From positions 89,540-153,539 of IMG/VR virus record IMGVR_UViG_3300023202_000068: 64,000 nt of DNA. One strand, 5' to 3'. The notes beneath the pieces were generated by a model, which was not told the origin of the DNA, searched no databases, and saw only the letters and a list, made by a program, of their open reading frames with translations. This DNA is from a virus. Position 1 is the stretch's first letter. Every line of letters begins with the position of its first letter. A program made the translations under genes and the position numbers. This document shows positions 56,959 to 64,000 of the stretch, in pieces.

Positions 56959-57962
56959 TATTCTGACTCCTTAGTCGATACATTGCCTTGTACCAAGGCG
57001 TTAGCTAAAATTTCTTTAAATTGTGTCATTTGATTTTGAGAACCAGACCTCATGGTTTGTTGGGTCATATATGTGGCTGCAAGCTGATCTGCAGTAGGCA
57101 TTGGCGCTGCATTTTCTGGTCTTGGCTTTGGCTGATACTTTGCGTTAACCTGCTTGACTCTTTCAGCTCTTTCTTTTGCAGTCATCTCGTGAAGAGGTTT
57201 GCCTGTAGAATTTTCAATATCTTCTTTAGCCAGCGCAATAATCTCAGCTTCAGTTAAGTTTCTTTTTGACAAAACACCGTCAGATTTAATCTTGTTTCTC
57301 ACAGTATTGTTCTTCTTAGGTTTACTCTTAGGCTGGGTCTGCAAAGGCTTTTCTTGCTGAGGAGGTTGTTTTGGACTTTTCTTTTTAGATACCTGCTTAG
57401 TCTTCTTAGGTGCGGTCTTTTGTTTAACTAGAGGCTTAAGGCCTTGAGGACGCAACTTAGGCTGTACAGGTCTAGGTCCTGGCTCGGTATCCTCTTCTTC
57501 TCGCTCAGCCTTAATACTAGCGCCTTTAGTTCCCTTATAGGCTAAGGCTTTTAAAAAATCTAGCTCTACATGATTTAGGGGTAACTCAGGGCCTTCTTTT
57601 CTTTGTACGGGCTGTCTCATTCCCATTAAAACTTCAAGTCTTGAGACGATATAGTATTTCAACTCATTCTGAACGCGCTCAATAGCTTGAGGACTAGCCT
57701 CAACACCTTCAAATAAGTTGTGATTAATAAGCATTTCATAAAGCTTAGCCTGCTCTAGTCTAATGCGAGCATTAAAGATAGTACTAGCCTGATGCTCATT
57801 TAGGTCATAGGCAGATTCTTCAACAAGCTCTTCAATCTCTTCTTCTGAAGCTTCAACTAGATCTGGTTGTTCAGCGAGTTGCTGCGCAAGCTCTTCGACT
57901 TCTTCTACGTCTTCTAGCATGTCTAATTCTGAAGCTGTGTCATCCCAAAAATCGTTATTCAT
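56958..57962 (-). CDS. Hypothetical protein (acidic N-term, K/P/Q-rich linker)
   Basis: AGGAG SD; 334 aa. Confidence 0.7.
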   Translation of the reverse strand: MNNDFWDDTASELDMLEDVEEVEELAQQLAEQPDLVEASEEEIEELVEESAYDLNEHQASTIFNARIRLEQAKLYEMLINHNLFEGVEASPQAIERVQNELKYYIVSRLEVLMGMRQPVQRKEGPELPLNHVELDFLKALAYKGTKGASIKAEREEEDTEPGPRPVQPKLRPQGLKPLVKQKTAPKKTKQVSKKKSPKQPPQQEKPLQTQPKSKPKKNNTVRNKIKSDGVLSKRNLTEAEIIALAKEDIENSTGKPLHEMTAKERAERVKQVNAKYQPKPRPENAAPMPTADQLAATYMTQQTMRSGSQNQMTQFKEILANALVQGNVSTKESE

Positions 57963-57981
57963 AGTCTCCTCTTTCTAGAAA

Positions 57982-58020
57982 CATATACCACAACTATAAC
58001 ATTTGGGTAGTAATTGTCAA
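57982..58020 (-). promoter_or_regulatory. Tandem promoter region: sigma70 TTGACA-N16-TATAGT followed directly by TGTGGTATATG
   Basis: -35 at 58015-58020, extended -10 at 57993-57998, motif at 57982-57992. Confidence 0.65.
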
Positions 58021-58048
58021 TACAATAATGTATATTGTAATATTTGCA

Positions 58049-59752
58049 TTAACCTTCGCAAGCCTTGCAATTATCTTCTTCTTTATCTGCTGTAATACCA
58101 GGCATGGTTCTTACATAGTAGAGAGATTTAAGTCTTTGTTGTTCAAAGGCGTGTTTATGTACCTCATGAATCCAAGACTCCTCTTCATTAGCGTCGAAGA
58201 ATAGATTGAGTGACTGACCTTGACATATCCACTTCTGTCTTTGCTCTGCTAGGTCGATAAGAGTTTTTTGATTAATCTCATACGCAGTTTTAAATACATC
58301 TTTTTCTTCATCACTTAAAAAGTCTAGATGCTGAACGGAACCTTTATTGTAAGATATTGAGTCCATAGTTGCATCGTTGTACTTATTACGCTCTTTCATT
58401 ATCTTGAGTAAAACGGGATTGATTCTTTCTACAGCGCCAACCTTGGCAAGCTTTTGTGTATACACGTTTGCTATGACTGGCTCAATACCTTGACTTACAG
58501 CACCAGCTATAAAAGCAGATGAAGTATTCGGAGCAACGGCTAGTAGGTGTGTGTTTCTCATGCCAGTGCCTTTGCACCAGTCGGGCTCACCAAGTTCTTT
58601 AGCCATCCATTGTGAAGCTTTTACAGCTTCTTCTTTTACATGTTTAAAGATTTGAGTATTAGCCATTCTCGCATCAAAGCTATCCATAGAAAAGCCCTTG
58701 CTTTGAAGGTATGTGTGAAAGCCCAGTACACCTAAGCCAAGTGCCCTTGATTTTTTTGCAGAGGCAACTACACGCTCAATACCTTTAATATCCTTACCTC
58801 TTTGTAGGAGTTCTTCATTAACACAGTCTAAAAATACAATAGCATCCTGTACTGCATTAGTATCCTTCCACTCATCAAACTTGGCTGCATTCATTGAACA
58901 CAGTACACAAGCTAGTGTGTAGTCAGAATCAGTGTGTTGAAAAATCTCAGTACACAAGTTTGACTGCTTAGTAGATAGTCCAAGCTTTTCATACTGGGGA
59001 GGGTCTTGCCTTCTAGCATTGTCTATAAAGATAATGTAGGGTTTACCCTTTTTAGCTCTCCACGTGAGTATAGTCTTATACCTAGACCAGGCGTCTTGAT
59101 CACCTTTTTTAAGAGCATCCCTAACAGAATCATCGCAAATTACACCTAGGTGTAGCTTTTCATATTTTTCCATCATAGGTAAGACTTCCATCAGATCTTT
59201 TTGCCAGAAGTCGATATATATAGCCGTAGAGCCCCTTCGAAGCCCACCTTGATTTACTTTATTCTGTGAGTCCCAGTATTTGAATACCCAATGACCTGTA
59301 GGGTTTGTATGTCCACCGCCAGCTATAGGTTCATAGCCGCCACGAAGGTCTAAGAAAGCAGCGGTTCCAAAGCCATACTTTGAGAGCATTTCAATTTCGT
59401 GACCAGTGTAAGATATATCCCACATAGTATCGTCAACATAGCTTGCGGAGCAGCTAACGGGAAGTCCACGATCTGTACCTAGGTTACCCATTACAGGCGT
59501 ACTAGCTGCTAGCCAGCCTTTCCAGAATAGACTGAAAAACTTATTCTCCCACTTCTTTCTGTCTTTAGGCATGTGAGCTGCTGCAGTCTTTGCCATTAGC
59601 CTATAACGCTCACGAGGATTTTTATCTAATAAGTAAGACTCTTTAAGCATGGCGTAAGACATCCAGTTCATCCAATCTGGTGCCTGCCCCTCTGCCTGTA
59701 GTTTTTTTAGTTCTTGTTTAATCTTATCCTTTTCTGGACTTTTATTACTCAT
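58049..59752 (-). CDS. nrdA: Ribonucleotide reductase class I alpha subunit (short, no ATP cone)
   Basis: GLPVSC, RRG, SNLCTEI, C.L.S.N, RALGLG..G, APN.SS, QGQSLN, SLYY, C-terminal CKACEG. Confidence 0.95.
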   Translation of the reverse strand: MSNKSPEKDKIKQELKKLQAEGQAPDWMNWMSYAMLKESYLLDKNPRERYRLMAKTAAAHMPKDRKKWENKFFSLFWKGWLAASTPVMGNLGTDRGLPVSCSASYVDDTMWDISYTGHEIEMLSKYGFGTAAFLDLRGGYEPIAGGGHTNPTGHWVFKYWDSQNKVNQGGLRRGSTAIYIDFWQKDLMEVLPMMEKYEKLHLGVICDDSVRDALKKGDQDAWSRYKTILTWRAKKGKPYIIFIDNARRQDPPQYEKLGLSTKQSNLCTEIFQHTDSDYTLACVLCSMNAAKFDEWKDTNAVQDAIVFLDCVNEELLQRGKDIKGIERVVASAKKSRALGLGVLGFHTYLQSKGFSMDSFDARMANTQIFKHVKEEAVKASQWMAKELGEPDWCKGTGMRNTHLLAVAPNTSSAFIAGAVSQGIEPVIANVYTQKLAKVGAVERINPVLLKIMKERNKYNDATMDSISYNKGSVQHLDFLSDEEKDVFKTAYEINQKTLIDLAEQRQKWICQGQSLNLFFDANEEESWIHEVHKHAFEQQRLKSLYYVRTMPGITADKEEDNCKACEG

Positions 59753-60062
59753 TACCCTCTCCATAACTATCTTTTTTAGATAAATTTTCTGATGCCCACA
59801 ATGCTTGTAAATTGCTATAGTGACAAGCCTTGTTTAAATCTTTTTTGTTTTTTAAATCAAATTTATTTAAAGGCTTAATATGGTCTATATGCCAGTCAAT
59901 GGAATCTTCTATTAAAGATTTTCGATTTATATTATAATATTTTTTTCTATATGCAGATTTACATTTTTTACATTGAGATACTAACCCATCCTTTTGGGCT
60001 TTACTTTTGTGAAACTCTGAGGTATTTTTGGTTACCCCACACCCTGTACAGTACTTTACCAT
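59745..60062 (-). CDS. HNH homing endonuclease (short, probably internally deleted)
   Basis: CTGC...CKKC zinc finger; WHIDHIKPL...HYSNLQ.LW..EN.SK. Confidence 0.75.
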   Translation of the reverse strand: MVKYCTGCGVTKNTSEFHKSKAQKDGLVSQCKKCKSAYRKKYYNINRKSLIEDSIDWHIDHIKPLNKFDLKNKKDLNKACHYSNLQALWASENLSKKDSYGEGNE

Positions 60063-61024
60063 TTTTTAATCTTGTCAAATGACCAATTATTATTATAACT
60101 TGTTGGATTCCTGTCGAAGAAATCAGTCATTTCAATCTGGTTAATTCTTTTATAGAACCACCTAGCGATTGGATTATAGGTTACTTCATAGATTGGGCTA
60201 AGTCCAATGTCTTTAAGTTTTTTGTTAATTCTACTTTGTACAAAATTCTTAAGTTGCGTATCAGTAATACCCTCTATCCTACCCCTAGCAAAGATATTAT
60301 CAATAATCTTTTCCTCAAGCTTGTAGCACTCTTTTGCGACCTTAATGATTTCTTTTTTTAAAGACTTAACGTCAACTTTATATTCTTTGCAAAACTGGTT
60401 AAATAACCACGAGTCTGCTTCGGCATGTAGGGCTTCGTCTCTTACTGAATATGATAGTCCAGTAAATACATTCTTTAACTTATTCTTAGGTGGGTTTTGA
60501 AAACTCATTAGGAAGGCGAATGAAGAATATAAGACAACACCTTCTATAAAAGAAAAAGTCGCTAAAGATAGGGCTAGGTTTTCATTACCTGGTTTGTTCC
60601 CAAGCTCTAATTTTTCTTCAATGAAGTCCATACGCTTCTTCATTGCTGGGTCATCCATGAAAGACAAGTAGAACTCTTTATTAGAAAGATTTAGTGCATC
60701 ATTTAACTTGTCATAAAACAGTGCGTGCTCAACTTCCATAGCGGCAAAAACTTCTGCCATCATTCTAACTTCAGGTTTTGGGAAGTTTTTATAGACAACG
60801 TCCAACCAGTAGTTGGCAACATGTACTTCATATGTTGTAAATAGCTTCAGCACGGTGTTAATACCATGCTTTTCAGACTCTGAGAATTCAGTATTATACT
60901 GCATCAGGTCTGAGTCTACTTCAATTTGACTGTGTGTCCAGTGGTGATCATTTTGAGCCTTAGCATATTTATATGCTTCATCGTACTCAAAAGGACGAAA
61001 ATTAGGTCGCTTGTCCTTGAGCAT
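60056..61024 (-). CDS. nrdB: Ribonucleotide reductase class I beta subunit
   Basis: RPFEY, W, E66, E97xxH100xxxY104, EGV.LYSSF, RDEALH, DFF. Confidence 0.93.
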   Translation of the reverse strand: MLKDKRPNFRPFEYDEAYKYAKAQNDHHWTHSQIEVDSDLMQYNTEFSESEKHGINTVLKLFTTYEVHVANYWLDVVYKNFPKPEVRMMAEVFAAMEVEHALFYDKLNDALNLSNKEFYLSFMDDPAMKKRMDFIEEKLELGNKPGNENLALSLATFSFIEGVVLYSSFAFLMSFQNPPKNKLKNVFTGLSYSVRDEALHAEADSWLFNQFCKEYKVDVKSLKKEIIKVAKECYKLEEKIIDNIFARGRIEGITDTQLKNFVQSRINKKLKDIGLSPIYEVTYNPIARWFYKRINQIEMTDFFDRNPTSYNNNWSFDKIKKW

Positions 61025-61033
61025 TACCCCTCC

Positions 61034-61852
61034 TTAAAATTTAAAAATACGTCTAGATACTAACACAGATATAAAAAGCAATAGAACACGAAAACCTGCT
61101 CTACCGTACATTTTGTACCTTTCTACTTCTGATACACTTTCGTTTTTACCAGAAGCCTGTTCTTCCTTTAGTTTTATTAATTTTTCTAGGAGTGCTTGTT
61201 TCTCAATAGAAACGCGAGAGTAATTTCGAGGCCAGTCTTTTTTCTGATAGTAAGCCATTTGATCTTCTTTAGTCCTGACTTGCTCTTCAATTAATGAAAT
61301 TTGTTGAGCGATAGACGCATTCTCAGAAATAGTGCGCGTACCGATATCCAGGGTTTGTGAAGTAATTACAAAAAGCATTAGCGTAAAAATTCCTACTCGT
61401 AACATCGAAACCCACGCTAGTTCAAGTTTCGACTTCGTTTGATAAGCACTCAAGAAAATGAAGCACACCTCAGTCAGTATAGCTTTAACATACGTCTTTG
61501 TTGTAATAATTCCATCTAAAGCGTAAAATGCCAAAGCCTCACTAACCAAAAAACCAGTTATTGTCGCCAATAACAAAAAGTATAGCGTATACTTATAGTT
61601 AGATAGGATGAGCTTCTTGATAGCACGACTGATTTTCTTCTTATGCCATCTCTCTAAAGATTGTGGGTTTAGTGCTGTATATGCAGAGAACGTACTATCG
61701 TTTAAAATGAGTTGAACAAGTTTATTTAATTTATCTAAAAAAGATAACTCTTCTTCTTCAACATCTACCTCTGCAGCCTGATATTGGGAGCGCATACTTT
61801 GTATTTGCTCTAGAATAAGTTTACCGTTTTCTACTTTTTCTTTTTCGCTCAT
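61034..61852 (-). CDS. Multi-pass membrane protein with coiled coil
   Basis: Three hydrophobic helices, coiled coil, C-terminal helix. Confidence 0.7.
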   Translation of the reverse strand: MSEKEKVENGKLILEQIQSMRSQYQAAEVDVEEEELSFLDKLNKLVQLILNDSTFSAYTALNPQSLERWHKKKISRAIKKLILSNYKYTLYFLLLATITGFLVSEALAFYALDGIITTKTYVKAILTEVCFIFLSAYQTKSKLELAWVSMLRVGIFTLMLFVITSQTLDIGTRTISENASIAQQISLIEEQVRTKEDQMAYYQKKDWPRNYSRVSIEKQALLEKLIKLKEEQASGKNESVSEVERYKMYGRAGFRVLLLFISVLVSRRIFKF

Positions 61853-62414
61853 TTTTCTTTCGCTCTTTTTCAGCTACATACTCAGTGTATGAGATCTTAA
61901 GTTCATCCATCATCTTATCTATCTGCTCACCTGTGTGATCTTTTAAGTTTACCACTTTGGCTAGCTCACGTCTAATATAGTTTTCTTCGTCAGTTTTCTT
62001 CTTGTGGCAACTGTGATTGCCGTCGTTGTACTTCATAGGTGTTGAGCATAAGATTTGAAGATTTTCCTTTTTACAAAAAATATTGCGTGAAATAATAGAA
62101 ACCCACTCATGGAAAATCATTTTAGATTCAGTCTCCCATAGAGGGACAACTGTATCAATGTGATCTACCTGAACCCACTTTTGTGGAAACAGTTCTTTAC
62201 AAGCAGCGCATCTATATCTCACTTGAGGACGCTTACCTGGTGTACCGTCTTTTTTCAAAGCCGGTGGTAGCTCAACACGGGCTGCCTGCATAGTTTCTCG
62301 CATTTGTGGTGAAAGCCTGAAGGCCTTTCTTAAAGCACCCTTAATGCGTCCACGCTCTTCTACCCATCTACCATTTTCATCGTAGAGAGGTTTGTCTTTT
62401 TTCTTAGATGCCAT
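61821..62414 (-). CDS. HNH-type endonuclease
   Basis: YRCAAC...VQVDHI..VV...NLQILC...CH..KT. Confidence 0.75.
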   Translation of the reverse strand: MASKKKDKPLYDENGRWVEERGRIKGALRKAFRLSPQMRETMQAARVELPPALKKDGTPGKRPQVRYRCAACKELFPQKWVQVDHIDTVVPLWETESKMIFHEWVSIISRNIFCKKENLQILCSTPMKYNDGNHSCHKKKTDEENYIRRELAKVVNLKDHTGEQIDKMMDELKISYTEYVAEKERKKNERKRKSRKR

Positions 62415-62697
62415 CGACTTCTTTAAGCTCTTCAATTCGGATATTGATGTAGGCTAGTTTTTCCTTAAGAGCCTTGATTGCATCGTTATACGGCTTAGCC
62501 AACTCACGTGCTCTCTCTTGTGCTTCCTGAAGACCTTCGTCCTCTTTTTTACCTAACTCAGCCTCTTCACGGTACTTAGCGTAAATCAATAGGTTTTGAT
62601 CTAAAGATTCCTTACCAGAACCCTGGAGTGAATCTACAAATTCAGGATATTCCTTTTCCACTTTAGTCTTCAAGGCTTCTTTTTTATCGTTGTTCAT
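62404..62697 (-). CDS. Hypothetical coiled-coil protein
   Basis: 97 aa; GGAG SD. Confidence 0.65.
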   Translation of the reverse strand: MNNDKKEALKTKVEKEYPEFVDSLQGSGKESLDQNLLIYAKYREEAELGKKEDEGLQEAQERARELAKPYNDAIKALKEKLAYINIRIEELKEVDGI

Positions 62698-63044
62698 TTC
62701 TTCTCCGTTTGTTTGAGGTCAAATTTTGGCATTTTTTTAAGACAATCTTTGCTATATAGGTGTGATATCGTAGCTTCAATTAAGCAAAAGTTTGCAGCTT
62801 CATATGTAGATATTTCACGATGGCTATTGTTAAAGGCCTTTGGAAAACCCTGGTCTTTAAAAAGCTGAATACCACTTTCCTTAATAGCATCAAAGTCGCC
62901 TTTATCAAGCTTCATCGGTGTTGTGCTTAGGTGCATATACTTGTCAAACAAGAGCAGAAGGGCCTTCTTCTTACCCTCAGGCAACATGTTGTGTATTTCC
63001 CTAAAGAACTGGTTGATCTCTTGTTCCAAATCGTCTTTCAACAT
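62694..63044 (-). CDS. Hypothetical protein
   Basis: 116 aa; ATGA overlap with next gene. Confidence 0.65.
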   Translation of the reverse strand: MLKDDLEQEINQFFREIHNMLPEGKKKALLLLFDKYMHLSTTPMKLDKGDFDAIKESGIQLFKDQGFPKAFNNSHREISTYEAANFCLIEATISHLYSKDCLKKMPKFDLKQTEKK

Positions 63045-63058
63045 CCCTGCATACCTTC

Positions 63059-64000
63059 CTAAATTATAGTACTTGTTTCTCCTGATCTTACGACTGTAAC
63101 AACATCGCCGACCATTTCTTTAAGCTCCGTACTGTGATCTACCATAATAATCTTCTTATTTGTATCAATTTGCTTTAAAATCTCTAAACAATTCTCTCTA
63201 CACACAGAGTCAAGTCCATCAAAGGGCTCATCTATAATGTAGAAGTTAGCACCTTTACCAGCACGTGTTTCTATCACATCAATAACTGCTAAGTCAACGG
63301 CTAAATCAATGGCAGTGCGCTCACCGCCAGATAGTGACTTGATAGGTATAGACTCTCCATCTAGGTTAAGAATACCTGTCACTTCATCTTTAAGACTACC
63401 GTCTTTATTTTCTTTGCAGCCTTCAAAATATATTGTAGCACTAGACATGTTAGGAATGCCAGATAAAATTTCAGTTGCCATATCTCCAATAAGATCTAGG
63501 GTTTCTTGAAACGTCTGAAGTGTGTATGTTGTAATAAGTCTACGGGTCTCATCAGCTACATTAATTTTCTGCTTTAGCTTTATCTGCTGCTTCTTAGCGT
63601 CGTTAATAGAAGCGGTTTTTTCTTGAACAAGCTCTGCCAGTCTTGAAATCTCTCTGTTGTAAACTTGTAAGTTTTTCTTATAACTTTCATATTCGTGATT
63701 CTTTGTGTTATATTGAAGCTTGACCTCACTATGGAGCTGGGTCTGCCTAGCAATATCACCGTCATACATAGACCTAATCGCCGACTGCTTTTTGTTGTAT
63801 TCCTTCAGTTCTTCCGCATACTTAGCAATTTGCAAATTGTGAAGCTCTTGTTCTTTAGCCTGTTCAGACTGAATTTGCTCATCGTAATACTCGACCTTTT
63901 GCTTGGCCTCTACATACATAGTCTGAAGTCTTTTTGCGTTAGACACGACCGACTCTTGATTATCAAGTTTATTCTTAATATCTAAAGCTTGGGTTGTTAG
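63059..64000 (-). CDS. sbcC: SbcC/Rad50/gp46-like ABC ATPase, C-terminal part (5'-truncated by window edge)
   Basis: Coiled coil then LSGGE signature, IIDEPFDGLD Walker B/D-loop, VDH; frame open to window end. Confidence 0.9.
   Translation of the reverse strand, partial: LTTQALDIKNKLDNQESVVSNAKRLQTMYVEAKQKVEYYDEQIQSEQAKEQELHNLQIAKYAEELKEYNKKQSAIRSMYDGDIARQTQLHSEVKLQYNTKNHEYESYKKNLQVYNREISRLAELVQEKTASINDAKKQQIKLKQKINVADETRRLITTYTLQTFQETLDLIGDMATEILSGIPNMSSATIYFEGCKENKDGSLKDEVTGILNLDGESIPIKSLSGGERTAIDLAVDLAVIDVIETRAGKGANFYIIDEPFDGLDSVCRENCLEILKQIDTNKKIIMVDHSTELKEMVGDVVTVVRSGETSTII

Noticed and set aside
48810-59752. Inteins or group I introns in dnaE or nrdA
   Set aside because: Both frames are continuous with expected motif spacing; no intein C-terminal HN-C/S/T junction or LAGLIDADG blocks recognised
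1-64000. Genome-wide stop-codon reassignment (TGA=Trp or TAG=Gln)
   Set aside because: Long genes are intact in code 11, and TGA and TAG both terminate genes at tight overlaps (e.g. 1561, 52442, 53747); only one internal TGA was found
1-64000. tRNA, rRNA or CRISPR arrays
   Set aside because: Intergenic gaps are short (about 100 bp at most) and show no cloverleaf or repeat-spacer pattern by eye; tRNAscan-SE would be decisive

Overview
A 64-kb, AT-rich, gene-dense fragment of a large lytic tailed phage with a contractile tail (myovirus-like, possibly jumbo); no host-type genes, rRNA, tRNA or CRISPR were seen. Layout: (1) 1-7.3 kb, + strand: RNA-repair and nucleotide-metabolism cluster (PNK-type HAD phosphatase, Rnl1 RNA ligase, two metallophosphoesterases, 2OG-Fe(II) oxygenase, CYTH, HNH, dTMP kinase, MazG-like). 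(2) 7.3-35 kb, mostly + strand: baseplate/tail-fibre module (fused tube-initiator/LysM/gp25-like protein, 1985-aa baseplate J, tube-like protein, about 13 fibre/appendage genes including three paralogues), interrupted by a short divergent operon of small genes. (3) 35-64 kb, - strand: replication/recombination arm (ThyA-like, TAA1/alliinase-like PLP enzyme, ClpP, primase, DnaB-like helicase, candidate sigma factor, DUF932, RecA, gp32-like SSB, exported S8 protease, DnaE plus DnaQ-like exonuclease, NrdAB, SbcC-like). The best candidate for an undescribed system is a self-encoded multi-tier transcription programme: two recurrent non-sigma70 intergenic motifs (AATCTTTA[A/T]A and TGTGGTATATG), host-type sigma70 promoters, a divergent sigma-like protein apparently lacking region 4.2, and a separate small sigma-region-4-like protein. 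All protein calls rest on motif recognition by eye; no searches were run.
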